64,000 nt of DNA from Callorhinchus milii (GCF_018977255.1 NW_024704743.1:104844001-104908000); one strand, 5' to 3'. Shown: positions 1-13,100, counted from the first letter of the stretch. Numbers and translations: made by a program. Notes: generated by a model not told the origin, from the letters alone.

Positions 1-395
1 CTGGAACATGTATAAAGACCAGTCATTTGGATTGGTTCATCATTTGCAATTTAACTGTGCCATATTTCAATGATTTACATGTGTTCCGCAGGAGAGCGTT
101 CTAGATTATTGACTGATTGCTAAAGTGGGTGTGCAATTGTTGCAGTCAGTGAATTCCAAAGAAAACAACAATAACAACAACAAGCTTACATTGTATAGTG
201 CCTTTCACATCGGGAGGACGTCCCAAGGAGCTGTAAACAAACGGAAACTTCCGATCAATTCGCTCAGAATTGTAAAGTCCAACTAGGACTGCCTGCCCAG
301 CAGGACTTTTGGCCAGGAAGATTTAGTATATGTCCACACCTCAAATTCGCATTCATGAGCCAGATGGGCTGGTTAACCACCATTTAAGCTTTGGA

Positions 396-884
396 CAAAA
401 TGCAAAATATTGCAGATGTTGAAAATCTGAAACAAAAACAGAAGTCGCTGGGAAATCTCATCAGGTCAGGCAGCATCTATGGAGAAAGGAAAATGAGTCA
501 ATGTTTCGGGTCCACGACCCTTCATCAGAACTGGGGTATGTTGGGAGGAAGAGACTTTTAAGGGCTAACAAAGAGGTGGGAGGCAGGGCAAGGAAGAGAG
601 AATGGGGTAGAGGACAGGGGATGATGGGTTAAAGAGGTGTTAATGATGCAAAACAAAGGGGGGGGATTGCTACAAAACAGGGGAATAGAAGTGTTAATAC
701 TGCAGAACAAATGGGGGGGCAGGGGGAATGCAACAAAATAGGCAGACCAGAGAGAGAAAAGGTGTGTCTGGGACCCAGTTGATGTGGTAATGGTCACAGA
801 AGAAGGGGAAGATGAGCTGTTATAGTCTGAAATTGTTGAAATTTATTTATTTCAACAATTTCAGACCATAACAGCTCACCTTCC
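396..884 (-). mobile_element. Penelope-like element remnant (pLTR / 3' end) with inverted terminal copy
   Basis: Contains a minus-strand CTGATGA...GAAA hammerhead core (496-532), a purine-rich tract, and an ORF-end-like motif (ttcaacaatttcagaccataa, FNNFRP*) present as an inverted repeat. Confidence 0.7.
496..532 (-). ncRNA. Minimal type I hammerhead ribozyme motif (degenerate)
   Basis: Minus strand reads AGTT-CTGATGA-A-GGGTC-GTG-GACCC-GAAA-CATT-GACT: both core boxes, a perfect 5-bp stem II and a 4-bp stem I. Confidence 0.6.
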
Positions 885-1334
885 AATGAACTTGAGAACA
901 TCCAAGGCTATCTATTCATAGTAGGGTTGGCACCCAGCCGCTTTCTCACTGATATAGCATTGAGAGTTCCAAGTGTCACCAAACAGCCCGACCGCATTTT
1001 AAACTCAGTGTTTAGGGTCTATAATATTACACTCAGTGTCATAATGTGCCCACTAATAAAAATAGCTGCCAGGTTTGCTTCTGGGTCATTAGGTTACTGC
1101 TGCTGTCAATTCCACCTTCTGCCACTGACTTGTGGGCTTCCTGAGTATGTGCACAGCATGCAGGAAGCCAATTCGTAAGCCACAACTGCTCTCATAGTCA
1201 TGATCACCGATAGGCAGTTTCACAACCTCCCAGCTGCTCAGTCAGATGGCCAGAGCACAGTGAGGTATCTATCTCAGGTTCAAGCAGAACATAGCATACT
1301 ACAAAGTCGGACAATTGCCAACAATATCAATAAA

Positions 1335-1745
1335 TCTGGTTCAATTGGTAGCACTCTCACCTCTAAGACATAAGGTTGTGGGTTCAATCCCCACATCAAC
1401 TCTTTGAACTCATATAGTTTAAGCTGACACTGCAGTGCAGTGCTGGGGAAGGACTGCATTGTTGGGAGATGCCTTCTTTTAGATGTGGCATTAAACCAAG
1501 GGTACATACATCTGTTCAGGTGAATTTAAGGATCTCTATGAGTCACTATTGAAAAAGAGAAGGGAGTTTCTCCCAATGTCCTCACCAACAATTCCTCAGA
1601 TAAAATGGGCATTTACTTCAAGTATATTTGCATGGGATATTGTTGTGTGCAAATTGACACTTATAAAATACTCAGTATATGCTTTGAAATGCATTGAGAT
1701 GTCCTCCTAAGATGAAAGGCCCCAGAGTAAATGTAAGGAATATTT
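1335..1745 (+). mobile_element. Old tRNA-derived Deu-domain SINE (SacSINE1/AmnSINE1-like), diverged
   Basis: tRNA-like head (ggtagcactctc...ggttcaatccccac), Deu-like body (ttaaaccaaggg...ctgttcaggtg...gaaaaagagaagggagtttctccc) and an L2-type tail. Confidence 0.75.
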
Positions 1746-2649
1746 TTATGTTACTTTATAAGAAGAAAAGTGTTTTAAAGGTGGGAAAATGAAAAAAAAT
1801 TGAAATGCAAAAACCTGCCTGGCTTTTATATTTAAGTGCTGTGTTTGTGCTGTGGCTGCACTGAGCATTTGTAAAAGTTCTGAAGATATTGCAGTTTGAC
1901 ACCTTTGTTGAAAAACAAATCATCAGAAAGGTAACATACATAAGAACAGCAGAACATTTAGTATATGTCACAGTGAAGGTAAAGCAATAGGATATTTTCC
2001 TTTTAGCTATTGTTCTGCTGAAATTTACCAACCTCACTTATCTCAAGCAATAATTCAGGCCATTGATCTAACAAATCATCCTTTTTTTGTCTCACATTAA
2101 AAAGAAAGTTAAATGTTTCAAATAGATAACCATCTACACTCATTGCACAGAGAGAAATCTGCATAGAATTTACGTAATCCATCTGACTGGAATAAAATTG
2201 AACACAACAGGAGTGAATAGAAATAGAGCGACAGATACCAGGATTATTGACTATACTTGCAATATTTACATATATAGCATGATGTACAGATTTTTAAAAT
2301 ATATCATTAATGTTTGGGGAAATATTTCTCTCTGTGATTAGTGAATCTTTAAATTTACACCATGTTTTTGTTAACTTGACGATTTAAGCCCGTGACTTTG
2401 TCTTTTGCCAGACATCTTTATTCTTTTCAAAGAAATGATCTAATTTTTATTAAACTACTTCTTCTTCGAACATGTACAGACTTTCTCCTCAGAGGATATG
2501 GAAATCTGGAGCATTGGTAAATGGCCAGAAGAGATATGTGCTTGAGTTTACTGGAGTTATATATACACAACATTATTCTTACTCCATAATTGGAGAGGAG
2601 TTTCTCTCAGATTTCACACAGACTAGCACCATCAGTTGAAACAGAAAAT

Positions 2650-3545
2650 AATAATACTTATGTTTGATATTGTGCCTTTCAAATGGGATTGGGGGGAGAG
2701 ATCTGAAAGTGCTTCACAGGAGGATATACTGTTAAGTGGAGTGTTTGTATTGTAAGCGAATCACAGCAACCAATTTGCACACAGCAATGTTCCACAATTG
2801 CCATGAAGTGAATGACTGCTTTTATTTGGCTGGTTATTGGCCAACAACAACAACAAGATTCCATTTATAGAGCGCCTTTCACGTCGGGAGGACGTCCCAA
2901 GGCGCTGTACAGTTGGGTCAGGACCCGAGCAAGGGGGAAATGGTCAGGGTGAGGGGAAGGAAGGGAGGGAGGGAGCGAGGAGGGGGTAGAGAGTCGAGAG
3001 GGGAGCTGAAGGTACGGTCAAAGAGAAAAGTCTTGAGACCGGCCTTGAAGGAGGAAAGGGAGGAGGCAAGGCGAAGGCACTGGGGGATGGAGTTCCAGAG
3101 CCTAGGGGCTGAGAGGCTAAAGGCCCGGCCACCAATGGTAGGGCGGTTGGGGCGGGCGATGTGGAGCAGACCGGAGCCAGAGGAACGGAGGGTACGGGCA
3201 GGTAGGTAGGGGGATAGTAGATCAGAGAGGTAGGAGGGAGCAAGGCCATGAATGGCCTTGTAGGTGAAGATGAGGATCCTGAATTCGATCCTCTGGGGGA
3301 TGGGGAGCCAGTGGAGGCGAGCGAGGGTGGGTAGGCCAGGACATCAAGAGAAATTCCCTTCACTTTTCAAATAGTGCCATGGAATCAACGTCCATCTAAA
3401 CAAGTAGATAGGACCTTAGCTTAATGTCTCATCAGAGGGACTACACCTCCCCCAGCACTGCACTGGAATGTCAGCCTCAACTATGCAAGTTCAAAGTCCC
3501 AATGTGGGGTTTGAGACCACAATCTTCTGAATCAGAGGCAAGACA
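2650..3545 (-). mobile_element. Old Deu-domain SINE interrupted by an L2 insertion
   Basis: Tail and body at 2650-2842; the remainder and head at about 3331-3545 are collinear with other copies such as 34850-35255. Confidence 0.75.
2843..3330 (-). mobile_element. Young L2 LINE, 5'-truncated 3' end
   Basis: Nearly identical to 42131-42660; (TTG)n tail; encodes LHWLPIP-type ORF2 C-terminal sequence. Confidence 0.92.
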
Positions 3546-4797
3546 GGATGACATACAACATACACAAAAGAGTTCACCCTAAGGCCTGCAGGACACTTTT
3601 TCAGGCAGTCGCGTTAAATTTAGCATCCACTTTTTTAAAGTAATATTCCCAACACTTTCACGTACAAGGGTTCACATTGTAATAAAATAATATGAAACTA
3701 TAAGATGTCAGTTGTGGCTGTGATGTTCTCATTTCTGGTCATCCCTGAAGCAGTTGCATAAGAAGTAACAACATCAATACTCTGGTATCTGACCTACATT
3801 TCATGAGGTAATCAGTAATGTCATAGAATTGGGGTGAAAAAAAAGTTTTAAAAATCTCAGTTTAGCTGGAGTGGCGTGCCACACGTCTATTTTCTGATGG
3901 GGTTCAGTATTTCCAAATACTCTGGGTATCCCAGTGTGACTCCTATATTTCCAACCCCTGTGTCTGAAATGGAAATGTGACATACAATGGGATAATTATG
4001 ATCAGTAATGACGATCACATCACAAATCTCATTTTTCATCACAAGGTATTTTTTATCTTCCAGATTGTGGTAACTGCTGTTTAAAAGCAAAGCCATGCAG
4101 AAAAATACACGGCAGTCATTTATGTTCCCTATAAAAGCAGCATCTTCCACTCTCAAGCAATGCTCCAGCACTCAGCTATTATCACCCAACGGTCATTTCC
4201 ATGAAAACTCTCAGTGTGAGTCTGTAAATTATTTTTGTCAAGTGCTCTTTGCCTTTAACTGCCAAGCCTGAGAGCAGTGGAGTATTTGCCCATGAGCTAC
4301 TCCCAGTAATTCAGCTCTGGATCTGTCAAAACATCTGCATTAGCTCAGACCCACTGAGTTATGAATTAATTCAAGCAATTTGAGTTTGGAATTCTCTCCT
4401 TAATGGAAATAGTGCTGCATACTGAAGTGAGTCATGCAAGGACAAGCCCTGCTATCTCAGAGGATTCTTCAGTCATTGCTGAGAAGAAATTATACAAATT
4501 GTTTGACAGCTTCCCAGAAAACACTGGAAAGTAACACATAAAGGAACTCTTCTCATTATGTATGGTGAATCTTATCAAAGGCTGAAATGAATACCTCCCC
4601 CTACACCCCGACCATCAAATAGGTGAATCCTTTGCAGTCGACATAAAAGAAAAAGGCGATTGCTAAACATTTGTAGTAAAAAAAAGGAAATGATGGAAAC
4701 ACATGTCAGCTCGAACACCATTTGAAAGGGAAAGATGGTTTAGATCCAGGTTTGTGTGTATGTGTAGGTCTGTTGTACCAAATATTATATTCTATAT

Positions 4798-5109
4798 CTC
4801 AGTGGTAAGAGCACTCTCCTTGCAAGCGAGACAGCTGAGTTCAATTCCAGGCAGGGCAAAATCTTGGGCAAGTTTCCTTACTCCACACGCCTAATAATAA
4901 TCCCTCCAAAATAAAACAATAATAAATTGGTCATTTTCAATCCACGACTGTTTGTGGGACACTGCTGTGCACAATTGGCTGTCGCGTTTCGCCCACAAAT
5001 ATACAGTCAATTCACTTTACAGTCTATTCTGTGAAGTGCTTTGAGATGTTGAGAAGACATGAAAAGCACTATATCAAATGTAAGGATTATTATTATTATA
5101 TTATATTAT
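4798..5109 (+). mobile_element. Young tRNA(Ala)-derived SINE, near full length
   Basis: A and B boxes, gggcaagtttccttactccacac, Deu-like ctgtttgtgggac...aattggctg, and an (ATT)n tail. Confidence 0.9.
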
Positions 5110-5634
5110 GTGGGCGAGGAACTGAATGACAGGAGAGAAGTGCAGTTGGAGATTTAGACAGGAATGGACTCAATTGCCCTCTGGCCTTTATTCCACTCTT
5201 TCCTTTCAACCTTTCTGTGTGCATCAATCTAGCTTCCGAAAGCGGCAAGTGTGCCTTATCAGGGTGTGTGCAGGTACGTTACATGGATGTTGTGTACAGA
5301 GGGGCAACTCCCGACTTTTTTAAAGGGAATGATACAAAATCGTGTGCGCAACCTATGTGTGGTGAAGGAATGTACCATAAACACGGAAGGTTTTTTGTAT
5401 TGGGAGAAAGGGAAAAATTGTAACAGAAAATGCAGTATGATGTGTTTGTTTTGGATTTCTGTTGTCCCAAATATTATATTTATAAATAAATATATATATT
5501 TTTTAAAAATCAATCTAGGTTCTGACAAAGAGTCTCACCTGAAACATTAGCCTAGCTTCCTCTTTTAACTGTGTATTTATTGTGTTCTCCATTTCCGTCT
5601 CAATCTCTATCATTTTTCTCAGGTCACCGAATAA

Positions 5635-5925
5635 TAATATATAATAATCCTTGCATTTAATATAACCCTTTATCATGTCGTTGAGACGCCTCAAAAGCGC
5701 TTCCCAGGATATATTGTAACTGTATTTTGTGGGTGAATGCAGCAGTAGATTTGAGTACAGCAATATCCCACAATCAGCCATAGAGTGATTAACCAATTTT
5801 GTTTTAGAGAATTTCTAGCCAGGACACCAGGAGATATTCCCTTCTCTTTTCGAATAATCCCATGGAATCTTTAACAACCACCTGAACAGACAGACGGGTC
5901 CTTGGTTTAACGTCTCACTGGAGGC
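5635..5925 (-). mobile_element. Old Deu-domain SINE fragment
   Basis: ataatccttgcat tail and the ccaggacaccaggaga...cctgaacagacagacgggtccttggtttaacgtctca body. Confidence 0.75.
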
Positions 5926-7699
5926 CCATAGTGTCAGCAGATTTCAAGGGGAATGAAAAAAAAATCGATCAAAGCTTATGACAGACAGAACAGTGCAGAC
6001 GTATATATCTTTCTTTACGATTGGCCAGGCAGACTGCAATGGTCTTTTTCCGGTGCTACACATTCCTATCTTCCTACATTCCTATCTATATCTGCTTGGG
6101 GGGGAAAAAGTAACAAGATGAATTCACCAATTGTCTCATATCTTCATTTAGCTGTTCGGCCTGCGGAAGAGATTAATTGAAACCATTTTGTGTACACAAT
6201 ATTTTGTTCTGTAAAGTGCTCTGGGACGCTACCCTACGTGAGGGGCACTATATAAATTCAAGTTGTATTTGTTCTTAGAAGTGAAGCAGAAGTAATTTTG
6301 AGGCAAATGCACAGAGCCTCTTTGAGCCTCACAATTCAACCCAGTTTCATAACTTATCGAAAGTGCATTAAAAATTGATATGACCCCTTTCAAAGAAACA
6401 AGAGGATGTTTTAGAAGACCAGTAGATCAAGTGCAAAATGGATCTTTGTTTATCTCTTGGTAAAATATCTTCTTCAGCTGCGCTGTGTCAAATTCAACAT
6501 TCTGTAAGGGAAATGTAATATGTTGACTTGTCAGTAAATCTTTGTTTTTATTAAAGCCCCAGTCTGAAATCAAATGCTTGTGATAGTTTGTGTTTGGGCT
6601 GTGGATGCCAAGATTCCATAAGACTTGAAAACCTCATAAAAACCTGCATGAAGATTCAAGTTATGCACCAGCAGATTTCACAAAAGCTGTTTTCGTCCAT
6701 TGCTTCCTTAACCTCGCCTTGGGACGTCCTCCCGACGTGAAAGGCGCTCTATAAATGGAATCTTGTTGTTGTTGTTGTAACCTCAAGGGTAAAAATTCCT
6801 GCCTCCTCCCCAACCCCACAGCAATACCACCCTCTCCTTATTCAATGTCTGACTCAAGACCTTGGACCGCGCTTTCAGTCACCTCAATTCAGGCAAAACA
6901 TTCATCCATTGCTCATAATATCAAAATCCTTACTCTTGGTAAAATGTCTTTCATATAGGGAGGACGTACCCTTCACAGGATATACTATAAATTGCAGTGA
7001 CTGTTTTGTGGACAAACGTGACAGCCAATTTTGCATAATTCTGGGACATTGTGAATGATTAATTTTAGATGTCACTATTAGTAGTCATTATTAAATTTTG
7101 TAACATATTTCCCCTCCCCACCACCAGCAACAGAAACCATAACGAGCTTTCATAACTAGACTAAGAGGATATCAGGCTGTATCTGTTTGATTGTTACTTT
7201 GTGATGAGTTGAAATGCTATGAAAATGCTTTGAAATTTGGATTTCAGGCTTTCTGAGTAAACCATTTGCTGAACTGAACTGACTTTTTATTTCCACTTTG
7301 GTCACATTCCAGACTGTCAATCATGATCTTACTGCATCTGCCTACTGGCAACAGACCCAATATCCATTTATTTGAAAGAAGTTTGCTCCCGATGAGGTGC
7401 GTCGGCTGTGCCAGTCAGTCACTGGAATAACTCATTTAGTGATCATGCTCTGGGTTTAACTCTTTAAAACGGCACCCAAAATTGACCAAATGTCAATCAT
7501 TCCACCTCCGACAATGCAGCATATCCCCAACACTACAGTGGAGTCAGCCTACTGACTCTATGAGTTCAAGATCCTGACGTAGGGCTTGAATCCATTGTCT
7601 GCTAACTCAGAGATGAGAGTGCAACCAACTGAGCCAGGCTGCTGCAATATAAATGGTCATGAGATGGGAATGCATTAAGGGGCACAGATTGCCACTTAG

Positions 7700-8430
7700 C
7701 CAGGCTTCTCTTTTCCACTATAAATCAATTCCTTCACCTATCTTCTTATACATCACACATCCCCTTCTTTATCCCCAAATGTAAGGAGCTGTTGGACATT
7801 TTTATGTTCAAAATCAAGAAAATCTGTTCTGCTGTCTCTAATCTTTTTACTAACACCTCCTCGCCTTCCTGCATCTATCCCTTCCTCCACTCTTTCAACT
7901 CTGTTTCACCGTGTTCTCTCTCCTTCATCATTTGCAAAACGAAACCCGCCAGCTGCTCCCTCAAACTGATCCCTACCCCTCTCCTGACTCCCAGCTCCAT
8001 CTTCTTGCCACCCCCACCTCTGCTACCTGACATTGCCAACCTCGCTTTGTCTAACGGCACAGTTCCCATTTTGAACACCTGTCATCAACCCTGTCTTCAA
8101 AAATCCTTTTGTTGACCCATCCCTATTACCTAGTTACCATCCCATCTCCAACCTTCCTTTCCTCTCCAAAGTACAAGAATGAGTTGTTCCCAGCTGTGCT
8201 CTATTCTCTCCGATCTGGATTGTGCTCTGCTCATAGTACAGAAACATCCCTGGTCAAAGTCACAAATTATATTTCTCTCTGCTTCCTTTCTTTCTTGATC
8301 TCTCTGCTGCCTTTGATGCTGTTGACCATTCTATTCTTCTCCACAACCTTTCTTCCCCAAAGGAACGAGTTTAAGTTCCTTGTCCTCACTTTTAAAGCCC
8401 TCCAGGGTCTTGCCCCATCCTACAAGGATT
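7700..8430 (+). mobile_element. Old degraded L2 ORF2 fragment
   Basis: Frameshifted peptides KPASCSLKLIPTPLL, SGLCSAHSTETSLVKVTN and EFKFLVLTFKALQGLAPSY. Confidence 0.85.
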
Positions 8431-11019
8431 ATCAATAACTATTGGTTAGTGTGAGCACAATTTCAGTGAATGAGATAATTATCACATCATACGTTGCATT
8501 TACTCCATATGATGGGGTAGATTTTCTATGGCTATAGATGGAGTGGACATGCAGCACAGCCTCTCCTCATTCCATGCCTTCATTTTCATCCACAAACAAC
8601 AAAGTCACAACACTTTGCAGTATATTCTATGAAGCGCTGCATCAAATGCAAGGATTATTTTATCATTATTTTTCATTTGCGGCTCACACTGATGTAATAC
8701 TCTTGACCAGTTAAACAAATCTGCCAGTAGGCAGAATTTAAGTTCAACAATGTTGGGTAGTTTGCCAAAAAGTGGTTTTAGGATTATAAAATGAAAACAT
8801 ATCCAGCTGTTGAAAGCTGTCTGTAATCCTGGTGGACGCTTGCAACCCATAAAGGCGTTTCATCAGGCAGAGTCCTGTGTAGCTTTGCCCATTGATCACC
8901 AAGACCAGACTATTATACATTCCCAACTTTTAAAGGCTCAGCATGAAGGAACAATTAATTTATTTTAAGTTTTTAGAAACCGGCTTCAGTGCAATTGGAC
9001 TGTTCTATGTAAAATCCCAGTAGGGCAACATGATACAGAATTAGAAAATTCCCCAACATTGTGCACCTTACACGATTAATCTTACCGGTATCTTACGAGT
9101 GAAAACTAAAAAGAGCAGATGAAATATTCTAAACATAGAAAGCGGGCAGAGAAACACGTCATCAAGATAGTTTGCAGTGTGTTAATGAACAGCCCATTGC
9201 ACACGTGAGCCTAAATCATTTCAGAAAAGGCAGATTTTGTTGCGTACACCTCTTAATAATAAGGACTCTTGCATTTGATATAGCACCTTATCATGCCTTT
9301 GAGGTGTCTTAAAACGCTTCACAGAATATACTGCAAACTGAAATGACTGTATTTTTGTGAGCAAAATGCGGCGGCCAATTGTGCTCAGCAGTATCCAAAC
9401 TTTTGCAAACAATTTGGTTGATTCTGCATCTATGACCTCATGTGACCATACATTGCAATTCCAACCACCCTTTGTGTGCTGAAATATGTTCTGGATTTAG
9501 GAAATTGAAAGCAGAATGCTGCTCCCAGACCTTCAAGCTCAATTTAAGCAATGAGCTGGAGATTGTGTTGTTTTATATCTTTTTGAGTGATGTCTTAATA
9601 ATGTCAAAGCAGAGGTTTTATGGCAATTGAAGTATTACCCGGCTATCTGAAACCTTTCATCAAATTTCCTACTAGGCCTTTGTAGACATGGTTGCTGCTT
9701 GAAATAGTCTATGAAAACTTTCGGAGTGTCTGTAGACCATCACAGATATCAGCCATGGTTGTTTGGCGAGACTGATATGGGCAACTTGGCTGCTGTGTTT
9801 TCCTACAAATACACAGTCACTACACTTTAAAGTAAAATATTTTAAGATGGCTCGACAATGTGATAAGGCACTCTGTCAAATGCATGGACTATTATTATAT
9901 CACAAGATAAGTTAGTTTTACCCTACATCATATGTGGCCTAAACCTAACCTGTCTCACGACAGTTCACATTTCACATCAGCAAGTGAACAATCCAACACT
10001 TGGTGATGACTTGGTGAATTCATCTTCACAATAATAAAAAAAACATAATAATTCTTTTATATAGCCCTTAGAATGTCGAGTAAATCTCTCAAAGAGCTTT
10101 ATAAAGTTTCTGTAGAGCCTTTCTGTGTAACCATAGGAAGATGCAGCAGCCAAATTATGCACAGCAATGTCCCACAAACAGCGAGAAGAATGATCATTTT
10201 TATCTTGGGACTGCTGGCCAGGACACTGAGGAAAACTTCCCTCACCCTTTTCAAACAGGTATACTGAGTTCACACTGCACATGCCCTATAATCCAAGCCA
10301 AAACATTTAGACAGCATATTTATTACTTTCTGTTATTTGATAGAAATTTAAGAGTTACTTATAAGTGTACGGAGTCATACTGATTCTGGGTACAATTTGA
10401 TATGTAAAAGTGATATACTGTATTTAGGAATTTCTTTTGGAATGGAAGTACACTTTTGCTAGATTTCTAAAGTTTTTTTTTGCATGTTGGCACTGGTAAA
10501 ACAGCAGTTTCATTCTCATTTCTTCTGTTTGTTTAACCTGTCCAGACTGAATGAGTAAAAGTACCACATTCATCAAACCCATGAGTTTGAATGGTACGTG
10601 TTGTCCAATAGAGTTCCACTCTGTGTTCACAAACACCGTTTACATTCCTGCTGCAGGCAAGTGTACGAAGTCACACTGATTCTGGGAACAATTTGAACAT
10701 TTTGGCCCAATAAAACGTTGCTTTAAATGAAATTGGTTTCCGTAAAATGTGCATCTGATCAAAAACAAACAAACAATAGGAATGCCTGGAAATGTGCCTT
10801 AAGATGGAAGGAACGTTCTGTCCCGCCAACTGCCTCCCAAGCTTCCAATAGCATCAACATTACCCATAACGAAATGGGCAGAAATAAAACACCTTCTGAG
10901 CTGAAAGGATGAATTGCAATGAAGGCACTGCATAAATCTTTCACCTGACACTGGACAGCAGCAGATATATGAAAGGAGAATAGCAACACTGAACAATTCA
11001 ACTCTTATTTAATCTTTAT

Positions 11020-11375
11020 AATAATAATAATCCTTGCATTGTTACAGCGCCTTTTCATGTCAAACGTCTCAAAGCACTTCACAGGATCTTACTGAGAATT
11101 GTGGTGACTCTATTTTCTAGGCAAATGCAACAGCCAATTTGCACACAACAATATCCCTCCCACAAACAGCCATGAAATGAATGACCAATTATAGTTATGT
11201 GATTGTTGGCCAAGACACCTGGAGAAACTCCTTTCTCATTTCAAATAGCACAATGGGATTTTTGACCTTCACCTGAACAGGCAGAAAGGACCTCGGTTTA
11301 ACATCTCATGTGAAGGACAACACCTTTGATAAATGTAGGACTTTCCCAGCTCTGAACTGAGATGTCAGCCTCGAC
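11020..11375 (-). mobile_element. Old Deu-domain SINE
   Basis: Collinear with the other old SINE copies. Confidence 0.75.
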
Positions 11376-11839
11376 TGGAAATTCAAAATCCTGAAGCAAC
11401 TGTTGTTTCTTCCCCAGCAAATATAATGTAAAAGCCACTCTTTCTAGTGAACACCATTTGAGAGGAAAGATTTCTCTTTGTTGTGCTAAACAATGGACGT
11501 AAATTCCTGTTAACTAGCTTTGGAAACAGATCACATTGGAGTGCCTTGGGACATCCTCTCAATGTGACAGGCACTATATAAATATAATTTTTTTGTTGCT
11601 GTTGGAGCGAATTCTTCTGGTTACAAGAAATATCCCCATTTTTATGCAACTCAAACATAATTTAGACAATTTAGCTCTGAAACTTAAATGTAAAGCATAT
11701 GTACATTTCCTTCAGCAAATATTCATTTATGTAATAATTGTGACCAGAGGCTGCTAACTGAGTGAACTGGCATTTACTGAGAAATGTATATTTTTAAGGC
11801 AGCATTTAAAAATGGAACCCAGAAGCAAAGATTTGTTTA

Positions 11840-12520
11840 ACACTCTGGCTGCCTTGTCCCTATCACCCCCATTCTCGCCCAACTCCACTGGGTTCCCATC
11901 ACACAGAGGATACAGTTCAAGATCCTGGTCCTCACCTTCAAAACCCTCTATGGCCTCAATCCCCCCTACCTCTGCAACCTCGTAACCCTCTATCGTCCTG
12001 CCCACTCCCTCCGCTCAGCGGACTCCAGCCTGCTTTACGTCCCCCACCTCGCTCACCCCACCATTGGTGGGCGGGCCTTCTTCCACTCTGCCTCCACTCT
12101 CAGGAATTCCAATCCGCCTTACCCCCTCCCTGTGCCTCCTTCAAGACCCTCTTCTTCGACCGTGCTTTTGATCACTCTCCTTCCCCCTTGCCCTCCACCC
12201 TCCCCAATCCCGACCCCCAGCTCAGGTCCAAAACACTGACTGTCCAGGATCTTGGGACACCCTCCAGATGTGAAAGGTGCTATACAAGATCCCTCCAAAA
12301 ACCAAAAACAATAATAAAAATTGGTCATTTTCAATCTACGACTGTTTGTGGGACATTGCTGTGCGCAATTGGCTGCCGCGTTCGCCCACAAATATACAGT
12401 CACTTCACTTTACAGTGTGTTCTGTGAAGCGCTTTGGGACGTCCTCCCGACGTGAAAAGCGCTATATCAAATGCAAGGATTATTATTATTATTACAAATG
12501 TAATTTTGTTGTTGTTGTTG
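11840..12520 (+). mobile_element. L2 3' end with a young SINE (12289-12493) inserted into its tail
   Basis: L2 C-terminal and 3' sequence breaks at gctatacaa; a 5'-truncated SINE follows; the L2 resumes with tacaaatgtaattttgttgttg. TACAA is duplicated. Confidence 0.88.
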
Positions 12521-12834
12521 TCAATGTTTCATTTACTTTTTAAAACTACAAATTCTGATAGCTAGTTGACAATTGCACTCACTCTGTGTGGTGTGCTAAT
12601 GGACTATACAGACCAGAGAGATCCTGGGCTCAACTTGTTAAGTGCCATCTTAGGTAGTAAAGATTAAGTTGTCATAAGGTCTCTAAACTTCATCGGTTGG
12701 AAAACATCATTCAGGATTCCTTATTGCTAGCAAAATGCAAGTTTTCTCACAGTGCATGAAGAAAAGCTTCCATTTAAAAATGTTCTATAATTTGCCTCAT
12801 CTCATCAATATAAAATAGTCACAAATAGATCAAA

Positions 12835-13100
12835 TAGGGAAGTTAGAAGAAATTTATTCACACAGAGAGTAGTGGGAATGTGGAACATGCTACCACGAGG
12901 AGTTGTTGAGGCAAATAGCATAGATGTATTTAAGGGAAAACTAGATAGGTACATGAGGGAGAAAGGAATAGAAGGTTATGCTTGAAGGCTTAGTTGAGGA
13001 AGGGTAGGAGGAGGCTCATCTGGAGCATAAACACAGCATAGATCAGTTGGGCCAAATGGCCTGTTTCTGTGCTGTATATTCTAATGTATTCTAATGTATA
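12835..13100 (+). mobile_element. CR1-clade LINE 3' end
   Basis: Encodes RRNLFTQRVVGMWNMLP...FKGKLDRYM; tail gggccaaatggcctgtttctgtgctgta followed by a short terminal repeat. Confidence 0.85.
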
